Positions 1-13,500 of a stretch of 64,000 bases of DNA are shown in pieces. A model generated the notes under the pieces. That model ran no database searches, had not been told where the DNA came from, and saw only the letters and a program-made list of their open reading frames with translations. The stretch is taken from positions 30,095,374 to 30,159,373 of the forward strand of contig JAUZTB010000087.1 of the NCBI GenBank assembly GCA_034780895.1. Reading direction: 5' to 3'. Numbering within the stretch: position 1 is the first letter of the stretch; each line of letters begins with the position of its first letter. Source of the DNA: Rhynchobatus australiae. Lineage: Eukaryota. The position numbers were made by a program, and so were the translations under genes.

Positions 1-19
1 TATTTAACTTCTCAGTGAG

Positions 20-270
20 TCAGAAAACAGGGCAGATAGATTTCAGGTAATCGAAAGAAGGATTGGAGGGAGATCAGGAAAATGTTTACAGCAAGGGTGT
101 GGCACTTACTGCCTGAAAAGGTGGTAAGAGATAAAAATCCTATCTAATTTTAGACACTTTTGGATGTGCATTTGAAGGACCAAAACCCACAAGGCTGCGG
201 ATCTGGAAAATGTGATGAGCTTGGATAGCTGGGTGGCTGGGTGGCTGGCTTTTTGACTGAATGGCCTTTA
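20..270 (+). mobile_element. Decayed CR1-type LINE 3' fragment
   Basis: 'ctgcctgaaaaggtggtaag...ttttggatgtgcatttga...actgaatggcctt' resembles the CR1 ORF2 C-terminus and 3' UTR seen in better-preserved copies in this window. Confidence 0.6.
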
Positions 271-272
271 AC

Positions 273-495
273 CATAAGTCCATAAGATATAGGAACAAGA
301 GTAGGCCTGTCATCCTTGTGAGCTTCCCCGCCATTCAATAGGATCATGGCTGAACTTACATTCTTTAAGTTCATTTTACTGCCCTTTCCCCATAACACTT
401 GATTGCCTTAGTGATAGGAGAGCTTTCTCAGCCTTTAATACACCCAAGGGCATGGCCCCCACAGCTCTGTGTGGCAAGTAATCCCAAAGAATCTT
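273..495 (-). mobile_element. CR1-type LINE 3' end
   Basis: 'cataagatataggaacaagagtaggcc...ccattcaataggatcatggctga' matches the 3' tail at 62166 and 9923. Confidence 0.75.
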
Positions 496-785
496 CTGTA
501 TTTCTCATTGCTTATGGTTCTATGATTCAATTTGATACCCAGAGTCACCAGCTCAGGTAATCCACTGTTCCAAACTGTTGGTGTTGAGACAGGACAGTTC
601 AAAGACAAGTTCCAGATCACAGCACTGATCAAGATTTTCCTTTACACTCATCTGCAGGTTCTTCCATTGCATGGAAATAGCCTTCNNNNNNNNNNNNNNN
701 NNNNNNNNNNNNNNNNNNNNNNNNNNNNNNNNNNNNNNNNNNNNNNNNNNNNNNNNNNNNNNNNNNNNNNNNNNNNNNNNNNNNN

Positions 786-852
786 GACCAGAGGTCAGGA
801 TTGAACCTGGGTCAAGGATTTATGAGGCAACAAATCTACTAGCTGCACCCCA
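786..852 (-). mobile_element. tRNA-derived SINE head (V-SINE/HE1-like), truncated by a gap
   Basis: The reverse complement contains a B-box-like 'gacccaggttcaatcc'. Confidence 0.6.
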
Positions 853-2099
853 CTGTTATATTATAGTGTTTTGTTATATAATGAGTTGTGCTTTATATTA
901 TAAAAGTTGTGCTGTTTACTTACTTCTAATAATATTTTAAAAGAGCAAAAGTTCCAGGTTTTGTGCTCTAAGAATCTTAACTAATTTTTTTACCGCAGCT
1001 GGACAGGTTAAGGCCAAACTCAGAAAAGAGCTAAAGGATATTTAAATAGCTCCTTCAGCAATGTTGTCTCAGAAAGCCTCCAGATAAGCTAGTACTAACC
1101 ATAATGCAATCCATAGCTATTGCCTTACACCCCAAGATATGCTTCCAGGTGTGACTAATTACATATCATTAATTTCTACACCGCAGTAAGCCAAGGATAA
1201 AATCTGTTTTTGGCCTCCTGGCACTTTAAAGACCTTCCTGAAAATTGAATTAAACAAATAGGTATGAAGGTTTCCATCTCATAATTCATTGCTGGAAGTT
1301 CAGTTTTCTGTGCTAGAAATGGGGAGATGGCACCTGAAAATTCCTTTCAAAAATACCATGAACTACCACTACATTTCCTAATTATATAAGATATAACTAA
1401 GCCCCCTGAAGGAAATAAAAAGGGTCAGAAATTTGCAATTTTTGGCATACTAAATATTGTGTAAAATGAGTCAGAAAAGTACTGAATACTGTGGGAGTTT
1501 CTGCTCATTTAAATTTGTGTCTTCCAGAGAGCTGTAGAAAACAATAAATATGAATGTTAGAAATTCTAAGATACAAGATTAAGAACTAAAGGTTAGATTG
1601 TACTTTTTTTAGCCATCTCCCAATTTCTTCCCATTAATAAGTTACATAAATTTTGTTCTACACAATAATTTAAATGCTAGTGCTCCCAGATCCCTGATAC
1701 AAACAGCCAAATTAGTCAAATATTGATTTATTGATCTGAGCAAAACAATCAGGATGACACATGGAAATAAGGATGAAAAGGGTTCATTCATTAGAATCAC
1801 TCAAACACAATCAAAATTGTTCTTCATAAATGATAAATCCAGAAGTAGATGTACTGATTCAGGTAGACATTTTACCTTTGAACGATTGTTTAGTTAATTT
1901 TTTTTTATTGAGGGGGAGTTTACATTTTGCCCTCATCAGCTTGCATCTAAGATGCATTTGCAGTGACTAATTAAACTACCATGGAACATTTCAATAGCAT
2001 TTTCCCTGGTAATAGAAGTTAAATTATTTGTATTGACAGGTATAAGTAATAAAATACTTGCTGTGGTACAGTGTTGATTGTGGTTTGACCAATAGTTCA

Positions 2100-2245
2100 A
2101 GTTCATTGGCATTTAGATAGATGCATGAACAGGCAGGGAACTGAGGGATATCAACCATGTGCAGGCTATGTACATGTCCATTATGGTCGGCATGGACATT
2201 GTGGGCCAAAGGGCTTGTTCCGTGCAGCATTATTCAATGTTCTAT
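2100..2245 (+). mobile_element. CR1/HER1-like LINE 3' tail
   Basis: 'gcatttagatagatgcatgaacagg...ggcatggacattgtgggccaaagggcttgttcc...ttctat' is the same tail family as 31430-31705. Confidence 0.75.
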
Positions 2246-2477
2246 CTAATGCAGCAAAAATGTCCACAAGTGCTTCCTCTAAATGGGTTTGAACAAAATT
2301 TGATGCTAGGAAATGTAACGATCAGTTCAGTCAGATAGTCAATTGGATGGTTTCAATATTGACTGGATGTACTAGTTTGGCTGGTTGACTGCTCTATTCA
2401 TGATTTACTGAAGTAGATCTGCAATAGAGATGAGGTAACATATAAATTGTTTTGCCTTGAAAATTAATCATATTCAG

Positions 2478-3000
2478 TCATGGGATATGTCCATCACTGT
2501 CAGATTCATAATTAATGATCACCCCACATCACCCTTGAGAATGAGGTGAGGAACGAGACTTGTGACTGACTGCAGTGTTTGTGATGAAGGAATTCCCATA
2601 GTACAATTAGGTGAACTGTTCTAGACTGAGAGCTAATGACCATAGATTTATTTCCTTGCAACTTTTGTTATACTTGGGGGCCACCTTGCAAGTGTAAGGA
2701 ATCAAAATGGTTGTTGCCCTGATATGATGGAAATGTTTTGTGGTCAGCAATAGAGGCTCTCTGTCCAGAAAACCTTGTTTCTAACATGCTCTTGTGACCA
2801 CAATGAAATGTTTGGCCAATGGCAGTTTCTAATCAAAGGCGCTCTTTAGGATGATTGGGGATTGGGTAATGGCAATTCCATTGCTTGCCAAAGGCAATAG
2901 TCAGGAGACTATTGTAGATGGTGATCACCTGGCACTTGTGCCAAAGTCCAAATGGTGTCAATGTCTTGCTGCACATGACACAGCCTGTCTCTTTTTCTAG
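2478..3000 (-). mobile_element. Old LINE 3' fragment, same family as 20130-21530
   Basis: 'tcatgggatatg...cacccttgagaatgaggtgagg' is a decayed reverse complement of the tail at 21440-21525. Confidence 0.5.
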
Positions 3001-3069
3001 TTCTTATTCAATAGAACAGGGTCCACAGTTGAACTAGTGATCACATTCAGAGGGTCTCCCATCTTGTCC

Positions 3070-3095
3070 TCCTTCTTCTTCTTCTTCTTCTTCTT
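3070..3095. repeat. (CTT)n microsatellite
   Basis: About 8 perfect CTT units are directly visible. Confidence 0.95.
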
Positions 3096-5541
3096 GTTAC
3101 TCTTCTCCTTGTCTTTAGTTGTTGTAGGCCTGCAGGTAAATGATATGCTTGCATAATCACCAAACTATGGTGGAGGGTGCAACAGGCAATGATGAAGTAT
3201 GAGATTCATTATTGGACCAGTTCAGATATCTGCTAGAGTACCGCTGTAATTGTCTTCATTACGTTCTGGTTCCATTGTTCTCCATGTTGTATATGGGCTC
3301 AGCAGCACTTGCAAGGAAGGAACCAGGAGTAAGAAGATCAGGCACGATGGACCACTTTGAAGAGAAGGAATCCTGAGTGTTCTGGATATCTGATTTTGAC
3401 CAACATGATTTTCTGTTGTTACGTATAAATTGCACCTTTAGGTAGCCCTTTCTACTATAAATCAGATCTGGTTTCCTTTACGATATAATGCTCCATGTGT
3501 GCTATCTACTGTTGCTCAAAACATGGAAGGATCCATGAACAAATCAACATGCTTGCACTCTCTGTTGAACTCTACTGAAAGTGAAGGAAATGAATTTTTT
3601 GCTTCTTATTAAGGACCTACCATGAAGTTTCATATGCAGCAATGAGCTGCAAACAGAGACGTGGTAGATGTTGCCAGCACTGCCTAAAATGATGCAGATG
3701 CTATGGTTCAGGGCCCCTGTGCCTTTCACTAGCAGGTCGTGTTCTTTCCTGAGAGGCATGTCTTGGTTTGAATCAGAACCGTTAGATTCAGAGTTGAGAA
3801 TGCAACTTTGAGACTTAAAACAGCAAATGGGAGAGTACATCAGTGATTTTTTTTATTCATGTTGTATTTTGTTCTGAGGTTTTCCAAGTGTTGTCCATCA
3901 AGTTATGTAATTATATTTCTCAGCCTGATAACCTATAAAAAGATTACCCATATCATTCGCATCATATGTCAGGATGACATTTATTGTAAACAATGCATTG
4001 CAGAAGTTTAAAAAGGAAGGTACATTTGAAGTACATTTCATATTCTCAGCATGTCTCAACATGCTTTATAGATAATTAAAACCACTGTTGTAATATAGAG
4101 AACTATACTTTTGTCATCATGTAATAGGTCAACTTTATGAGAAGTAATGCTTAGTACCAGAATTATCACTGCCAGACGTTGTGGGGAGAATTTTACTTCT
4201 GTCTACAAGAAACAATTCAAATCAAACAGCTTCATATCTCCTCTAATCTCACCAATACTCATTTTAATGTCATTGGTTTTGATGGCAGATTAGCTTTCCA
4301 CTAAACCCATAATGAATGCAAATTGTTGTCTGATGACATACACGAGACCTTGATGTAATTCATTTTAGTTCAACTTGACAACTCCATGAGACAAATCTGT
4401 TAGGAATTTTCCAAATCACTCAAGGGCAAGTAAAAAGCAATCTAATATAATGAGGATGAGGGTGGTCCTTCAAGCACCAAAAGGATTGTCCAGACCTCTG
4501 CTGTCCTGGCTTCCTCCCACTGTCACAATGTTGAGCAAACTCACGGAGAACCCAAACGCAGCACACCGATACCAGACTGGAGTCAGGATACTTCCTCAGG
4601 ACAAACACAGGCAGCAACTGGAAGGAATCTTGCCTCAGNNNNNNNNNNNNNNNNNNNNNNNNNNNNNNNNNNNNNNNNNNNNNNNNNNNNNNNNNNNNNN
4701 NNNNNNNNNNNNNNNNNNNNNNNNNNNNNNNNNNNNNNNNNNNNNNNNNNNNNNNNNNNNNNNNNNNNNNNNNNNNNNNNNNNNNNNNNNNNNNNNNNNN
4801 NNNNNNNNNNNNNNNNNNNNNNNNNNNNNNNNNNNNNNNNNNNNNNNNNNNNNNNNNNNNNNNNNNNNNNNNNNNNNNNNNNNNNNATTTTTCTGACAGC
4901 TGCAGAACCGTGCACTTAACTTAATGTTTTAAAATTAAAGCAAACAATCTAGGATTTGGACACACGGGTATTTGGCAATACTGGAATGAAGACACTCCAT
5001 TATTGACTAATAATGTTCCTTTTTTGCATTAATATTGTGCTGTGCCTTTTGCAATAATAAAATAACTCATTATTTGGCTAAAATATGTAACAAGAAACAC
5101 TGAGGTTTGATGATTTTGTGTTTGTAGTTTATATAGCATTTCCATTTTAGGTAAAGTATGTCATATTTATTCATCAGAACTGGAAATAGATCCGTGTCTT
5201 CATAAAGACCTGTTTAGTTTTTTTTAATGAAAATATGTGACTTTTTGGCTGACCCTCTTGAACACATTATAACTCTTATGTTATGGGAATTAAATTACAC
5301 AAAATACTTAAGTCTAAAGAAAGATGAACTAATCTCTGCATGACCAGACTGTGGGAAGCTATGTCCTTCCCACAATTTTCCCAGAGCTATTATTGCTGCA
5401 TGCTAATTGGAAACAGGAAAAAAAAAGATTCCTGGAAACTGCCTGTGCTTAGTTTTTACCCATGTGATATTTAGAATGTGCATTCTTCTACATTCTCAAT
5501 GTTTTAATTTCTGTCAACAACTAATCAGCATACTAAGAAAT

Positions 5542-5721
5542 AAATTAGCAACAAACAAGATGATGGAGGAGCTCAGGGGGTCAGGCAGCATCTGTGGAGG
5601 GAAATGGAAGTCAACATTTTGTCATTTTGGGTCAAGACCCTTCATCTGGATCTGGATTGAGCTCAGCTCCTCCATCATCTGTTTGTTGTTCCATATTCCA
5701 GCATCTGCACTCTCGTGTCTC
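5542..5721. mobile_element. Foldback mini-element made of Penelope-like terminal sequence, with a hammerhead remnant
   Basis: Inverted arms at 5549-5573 and 5665-5688; flanking 11-bp direct repeat TACTAAGAAAT at 5531-5541 and 5722-5732; interior resembles the terminus at 56139-56240. Confidence 0.7.
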
Positions 5722-8132
5722 TACTAAGAAATGAAACCAACTACAAATGCTATCCCTGACTGAATCTATGCCCGGTTGAATATTATGCTCAATTTTATTT
5801 TTAAAGAAAAGAATCTCAATTATATAAACAATTCAATACGTCAGTGAATATTATGATTATTAGAGATTCCATTCACTTTCTGGTCAACCTCTGTGTATGC
5901 CTATGTGATATGTAAATTACGCCATTTATCAAGTAGAGTTTAACTGGCCAAATATCTAAATTCACAGGATCCTTTATTTCAAATTTCACTTCAAAATCTT
6001 GTAAGAATTCAGTTCTATTTTATATAGTTTCATGTAGAATTTTTATATCAGATTATATATATTTCAAGTATTAGTCTATTAAGTATTGCAATTTTAATTG
6101 GATCTCACAGGCTTTGATGTCAGGTTGAACTATTCAGTGTTTCTAACTGCATTGGCTCCATCTTTCAATGAAATAATATGAGTCAGCTGTGGCATTTAAA
6201 CCAACTTTTTATCCTAATGGTTGCAAATCAAACATGGTTCACAAGTATATACAAAAGATTCTCAGAGCAACTATGATAATAGATCATATTGCACATGATT
6301 TTTTTAAACTACATAATGATCATGCTTTTCCATATTAAAAAAGTTATTTGAACATGAATGTGCCAAGTACAACTTAAAAATAAATGTTACTTACATTAGT
6401 TGTAGGAAAATAGTGGTTCTCAAAAGTTCCAGGGAAGACATGTACACTAATTACAAAGTGAATCAGACAAATTTTCAAATTGCTCTTTCAACTGCAAGTA
6501 CCAGTGATACTGGGAGTTCATTACAGTCTGAGCAAAAAAATCATTGACTGGGGTTTTAATTCATTAAGCACCAAAATGCTATCCAGAGGGAAATGAAATT
6601 CTAAAACAATTAAAATTATATTGTCATTTACAGAGTCCAGCTATAAATACAAGCCTGTTGATATTTCTAAACAAAGGGCTGGTATTTGGAAACCACAGAT
6701 CTGAATCTGCATGTACTTTTCAGGACCAAGCATTGTGCAGCTCTTACCTTGTTGTACATTGTATTTTAAGTGAAAAAATGCTCACAATTTGCTATTGATG
6801 TGTGCGCTGAAATGTTGGACAAGTCAGCTGCAAAAAGTAAACAAACCTTCCACCCAGCTACATCTAGAAGAGTGCAACATCTCAGAACACATCAAACTAT
6901 AAACAGCTGAATGTTTTTAAAATTAGGTGAACCTAATGATTCACAGTGTTTATGGTTTATGTGTGGCATTTATGGAAAGGTGATTTGCAAGACTTTTTTT
7001 AGTGCAGGTACTTTTACAATTGCTGATGCATATTTTTCACCAGATGATTACTTGCCGTTGGTGGGTTTGAGCTGGTCTAACTGTAGATCCTTTAACTGGT
7101 GAAGCTACTTCAATGATGGGGAAATATTTAGGATATAGTCAAAGAATTCTTTCAAATTCACTTGATGCAACAGTTTTCTTTCTCAGGAAGGTCTTAACAG
7201 CTAAAGACATGGTACCTATCTTCATAAAACCTTGAAAGCTGCCGTCAAAATTATATAAAAAAGCCAAAAAAAATGTTGATTGAATTGTCTGTCAGTAAGT
7301 GGGCAGTGTGCATGTACAATTTCCATTCATAAAATGGAAACTCATTGCATATTCTGAAACAAAGTATTGTCTTGTTAATGTGAAATTAAATGCAAGTTGG
7401 CAAATTTTACTGAAGAAATACAGTTTCACCTGGCAGAAAATTCAATCACAACATTTGGCTTATTTTACATATCGCACAGATATATTTGATTAGTTAAACT
7501 AGTTTAACGTCCTTCACACTGAGTATTAAAAAGGCAGCTTTTTCTATGGACTACGTTTCAAATGACGGGATGACATTTTCATAATGTGCCTCTGCAAGGA
7601 AAAAGGAAGAAAGATTCCCCTAGTCAAGAAACATTGAAATAAAAACAGCTATCATTTAACTAGATTATACACAAGGTTCTGAAAAGACTTTCCAGACAAG
7701 AAACTGAAGCATCTCAAAGGCAAAAGATGACTGCAGGATTCATTTGGGGTCACACTGGANNNNNNNNNNNNNNNNNNNNNNNNNNNNNNNNNNNNNNNNN
7801 NNNNNNNNNNNNNNNNNNNNNNNNNNNNNNNNNNNNNNNNNNNNNNNNNNNNNNNNNNNCACACTGGAACATAATCATTTTTACAAAGATGACCATCACT
7901 TGGAGGGAATGGAGAACTAAATGTTGACAATGTTGCTAATGATTTTCTTTTGAAGTTGATTTTCTATCTTTACAATTTTTCCAAGCATTTCCTTTAACTG
8001 GTAGTATGTATTTTGTATACTGTGCCCAAAACCTATGTGGCTTCTCCTTAAAATATTTATTGGGCTTGGGCTGATCAACATTTTCAAATGGTTTCTGGTA
8101 TGAAACAAGTTGAGTGCCATTAAAGTAGGTCA

Positions 8133-8578
8133 TGGAGTCAGAATAATACAGCATGGAAACAGGTACTTTGGCCCAACTCGTCCATGGTGTCCACCCAGCT
8201 AGTCCCATTTGCCTGTGTTTGGCCCATATTCCTTGAAACCCCTCCTATATATTTATCCAAATGTCTTTTAAATGTTATTGTACCTGCCTCAACTACTTGC
8301 CCTGGCAGTTCATTCCATATACCCACCGTCCTCTGCATAAAGTTGCCCCTCAGGTCCCTTTTAAATCTTTCATCTCTCACCTTAAACCTGTGCCCTCTAG
8401 TTTTTAAGTGCCCTACCCTGGGAAAAAAGACCATGTGGAGTTGCCTTATCTATATTCCTCATGATTTTAAACACAGCTATAAGGTCACCCATCAATCTCC
8501 GACATTCCAAGGAATAAAGTCCAAGCCTGCTCAACCTCTGCCTATGACTCAAGTCCTTGAGTTCTGGCAGCATCCTCT
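8133..8578 (-). mobile_element. CR1/HER1-like LINE, 5'-truncated (ORF2 C-terminus plus 3' UTR)
   Basis: ORF 8138-8434 reads TRGHRFKV...FKRDLRGNFMQRTVGIWNELPGQVVEAGTITFKRHLDKY, the typical CR1 ORF2 end. Confidence 0.92.
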
Positions 8579-9922
8579 TAAATCCAAGTCTAAATCACCT
8601 TCAATAGGCTGGCAGCTTAAACAATCAATTCAGTTGATGTGAGTTACATTCATTCTGGCTAACATTTTATGTATTAATCATTGTTAATATTATTTTGTAG
8701 TAAGTCCTTTGTATTTGGAATTATTGTAAGATTTTACTCCTCTCTATTGAACTGTAACTTTTTCATTTTCTTTTACAAAGATCCTTACATTTGCACTCAT
8801 TGTCTTCAAACTTAATTTTGATTTTGTCCTCATTTCTACCAAGTGATTGTTACTTTTGAACTAATTACTTTTTAAAATTGATTGATCAGACATTAGTTTT
8901 CCTAAGAACAATCGTACTGTAGTCCACTTCATGTATGCTAAGGCAGTCATACCTCTATTTATTGCATCTATTCAGTCTTTTTTCTGTATCTCTAATAACC
9001 CTTTGCTTCCTCAATACTGAATATTGGAAACAAAAGCTTTAGCTAATCTGAGAGAGTCGAATTAAAACTAGAATTCCAATTGCATTCACATAGATCCAAC
9101 AATACATCTGGTTTTCCATAACTTATTTCTAAAACTTAAGTGAAATAACTTCCAGAAAAATTCTTAATCATTCATTGTTAATACTGTAGCAAATTTGCCC
9201 AGGTCCATAAATATTAATATCGCTCCATAAATTTTGACCTTTTTGAAAAAAATCTCTAAAATTGGTTTGAAATATTTACTTCAACCATCATTGAACAATT
9301 AATGTCTTTATAAGAAGGTAAATTTATTAAAATATTCTGTTGTCTGGTACTTGTTCTTGATTGGCATATCAAGACAGGTACAAGAGTGTTTCAAGTTGTT
9401 CTAACCTGACCTCCTCTACGTCAATGGCATTCTAAAACTAGGTTAGCTTCATCTTATCAAAGTTGACAAGGCCCATTTAAGCTGTATCACATTCCACTGC
9501 TGTTATTATATGACAGGACAACCCCTCTCTGTACAGTGTGCTCAACCAGCTCAAAATAACCACCTGGCACTTAATTAACTATTTATGATGAAATGTATAT
9601 TTATGCTTCTTGCTTAGCTAATGGATCTGACGATGAAGTAATTTCAGTCAGTGGCCGATTACCATCACCGTATAGTTGCTAGCCCTGAGCTCTGCTGTTT
9701 AACTGACCTTGTTGGAGAGGGGGAAGCAGTGACAGCAGTATCTGCACACGTGTCTAACTGCACATCTACATATTGCAGAACTTAATGCCAATTTCATGCT
9801 GCAATGACAGCAAATGCTGAGAGTTTTGTCATTATTGCTGTTGCAAAATCTGGGCCAAAGAAGCCCTGTTCTGAGCTGCTTTGCAGCAGTCGTTGAGGAA
9901 TCCAACATACAAACATATGAAT

Positions 9923-10550
9923 GCATAAATCAGGAACAGGAGTAGGCACTCAGCCCCTCAAGTCTGCCCTGCAATTCACTAAGGCCATAGCTGATCACAC
10001 TGTGATCTCAACTCAACATTTCTGTGTACCCCTCGGTAACATTTCACCACTCTGTCAAAAAAAATTGTACATTCTGCTTCCACCATCCTTTAAGGAAAAA
10101 GCATCAAAAGATTAACAACCCTCTGAGAGAAAAAAGATAATCTCATCTCTGTTTTAAGTGGACAACCCCTTATTTTAAAACAGTGACTCTTAGTTCTTTA
10201 TTCTCCCATGAGAGAGTCCACCCCACCCCTCAGAATCTTGTACGTTTAAATCAAGATACCTCTCACTTTTCTAAACTCCAGCAGATACAAACCTTGCCTG
10301 TCCAATCTTACCTCATAAATGAACCTGCCCATTCCAGGAATTGGTCTAGTAAACCTTTTCTGAATTGCTTCCAATGCCTTAGCAAACATGAAATGGACTT
10401 CCTTAAATAAGACCAAAGAGTTCACAGTTCTCCAGATGTAGTTTCACCAATGCCTTATATAACTGAAGCATAATTTCCCTGGTTTCAATTCAATTTCTCT
10501 AGCAATAGACTTGTACTGTTAACTTTTCTAAATCCTTACAGTACCTGCAC
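9923..10550 (-). mobile_element. Decayed CR1-type LINE 3' part
   Basis: Tail 'aggaacaggagtaggcactcagcccctcaagtctgccc' followed by an antisense ORF2-like body. Confidence 0.8.
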
Positions 10551-13500
10551 GCCTACATCAACAGCCATCCATATTTACAAAAGCTTTGAATGTATCCCTA
10601 TCATATTTTTGACAGGTATTTGCTACATCATAGAATCAGCAACAAATTAAAAAGTATACTTAAGATCAGCCAGACAATGCCCACAGACCTAGACTTTACC
10701 AATGACCTGGGAGCTTTGGCTGAAACTGGGCATTTTAAGAAAACCCCTACAAATCTTTGACTGAGAGGAAGCTGGCCTAAATCTTCAGATCAGCTGCAGC
10801 AAAAAAGATACATTTAATTGGAAACAATATAATTTCAGCTATCTTCACAATGGGCAACAATTCATCTGAGATACATCAGTCAGGTTGCATGATTTTTTCC
10901 CCCTCGGGTTTTTTTTCTGACNNNNNNNNNNNNNNNNNNNNNNNNNNNNNNNNNNNNNNNNNNNNNNNNNNNNNNNNNNNNNNNNNNNNNNNNNNNNNNN
11001 NNNNNNNNNNNNNNNNNNNNNCATGATTTTTTAACCCTCTGGTTTTTTTTCTGACTGTCATAGACACATCACACTTGCGAGTTCTGCATTGAATTCCTTA
11101 CTTTACATATGGATATCTTGCATAACTTGCAATCTCAATGTACCCCATGGTATTGCATTAGCAGTGTAATTATTAGAATATGGTTCAGATATGCAAATAT
11201 AAATAGGCAAATATATAGATAGAATTCTAATTGCTTTACATACTACTAAAGATTAAGTCTCAGTTCAAAATTCTAAATAAGACCTACACAAAATGGTTGG
11301 TCAATCAGCCTGGCCAACTGACCGTCACCAGTCACATCATTTCTCCAGAATAGATACATCATGCATCTCCCCGAGTATAACCCTGCTAGAGTACTCAACA
11401 CTAAACTATCATCAACTTGGGCAAGGCCTTGAGGCTGATCTGGACAACATTAAAGTGCTCCTTAACAGTGCAGAATTTGTGCTAATGAGGCATGTGGGAA
11501 CACTGAACTACAAATGATTGGAAGATGCTTGTAGTGTTAATACTATCTTACAGATAATTCCCAAATTACTAAAATAGCCTGTAAGGATAAAGAACACATG
11601 TGATAAAACATACTGAAGAATCCCTCTTGATCTGACCTGACCAGTAAAAACAATATAGGTGTTCTTGTGAATCACTGGTGGTCTTCGATAACCTCTTTGG
11701 TTGTGGCACTGTGCTTCATTGCAACTTCATTATTGTAGGGGCAGCACTTCATAAGGATCATTACTTATGCCTGGATATGATCTTTCCCTTGGACGAAAGA
11801 ATTCTGTGAGATGAAAACATTGTGAGCGCTTGTGATTCTCACATTGATGTACAAGATCTGGGGTCTTGCCACACTTAAATGAAGCAGGTTAAAGACCATG
11901 TTTAGTTTTGGTGGAAGCTCACTGAGTAAAATGTGCCTGTGTGATACGAACTATGAGGAACACAATGGCTGAACACCACTGCTAATCTTCCCAAGTGGCT
12001 TAAGGAAGGAAAGCATCTCAGATTTGAGTCAAGACCTGCCTTATGGTGGGACAATGCTTCTCTATTATTTGTGTTGCATCTGAATCATACCCAGCTGTTA
12101 GCTAAGCAATTTATTTACCTGGGTGCAGTTCTGAATGATAACATTAACTGATGTGATGTAAATTCTTCATTTCCATATGGATGAAATAAAACTGACTCAT
12201 ATGTTAATGTAGCCTGAACATTACTGTATCTGATTGGCATTTACTGGCATATTGTCCTATTTAAACAATTCAAAGGCATACTCTCCAAGTGACTGGCTTG
12301 ATGGCAAATATTAAGTACCAATTCATACACTTTTAGCAGGATTTATTACATGAAATCCAACATAGCATGTTGCAAATAAGAGCAGAAGAAGTACAAGTCT
12401 GAGATGTATTTGCATATAATTACCACAGCTGTAGCTGCCTAAGAAGCTCACCAATATATTGTCAAAACAGACTGCCTATAGCCAAAACAAGATAATCTGA
12501 TTGCCTGTAATTGCCATCACCTTGATGCAGATCTTAATTGCCACACTTACTGTGAATATGTAAGATAGACTTTGACGCATCTAACTTTTGTTTGACATTG
12601 TATATATTTAACCAATCAATTTTCAATAATGCCAAATAATTTGCACTTGAGCAGTCATGATTATATCAGAACTAGCATATGAAATGTGCAAAACAAAGAA
12701 AATTCCTTAGATCTCTGACATGAGAGGATAATGTATTCACAGTGTCCCAGAAATTCACCACTTTCTTACATTACAATTTTGCCACAGCCTTGTGTTGAAT
12801 TCTCAATAGCTACTTCCTTGATCTTGTCCAATCCTATCAGTGAGGGCAACTCATAGAAATCCTACTACATGAGGTTATGCTGAGGCAGAATAACTCCAGC
12901 TGGGAAGATTTTGACAGCCAACTAAACTGCACCCATCTCCTTGGCTTAGCTGGCTGTCAAAGCTGTCAGAAACAATAACCAAACTCTTTTAAAAAAAAGT
13001 ATGTTAAAATACGTAAAACAATTAAAACATTTACGTAAAGCCAATTTAAAAAAATCTTTATCCTTCATTACCATTCCTTGTGCAGGTTCTGTTGGCAGAT
13101 TTCCCCTTGCTTACGTGCTGGGAAATCGTCAGAAGTTTGTGTACCCTCACTGTTCTCTCTGAGAAGTCTGGCAGCACAGTACAGTCACCGACCCATCAGC
13201 AAACAGCATCAGGGAGTGTGGGACTTACATTTTTATACACCTTCAAGGGTACCCATATGAGATCCAACCATATTTGCACACACTTACATTCAAGTCCTGA
13301 TGCATATGTGAAGAAATGCTGCACTAAACTGCCAGCTTTCTCCAGAAAATCCTGGCCATTATTAAGGCAGGTGACCTTTCAATGACACTATTACTTGTTA
13401 ATTGCAAAATTGTGCTCAGACTCCTGAAACTGAGTCTGTCATTTCCTCATCTAGAATGTCCATTCATGTCAAACAATGCCTACTCACTTTGACATTGATC

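Noticed and set aside
4450-4915. Long ORFs containing X runs (here and at other gaps)
   Set aside because: Their length is inflated by N-gaps.
10888-11056. Direct repeats around gaps (also at 7760, 17540, 30355, 33455 and 37537)
   Set aside because: They recur at fixed-size gaps, which points to a scaffolding artefact.
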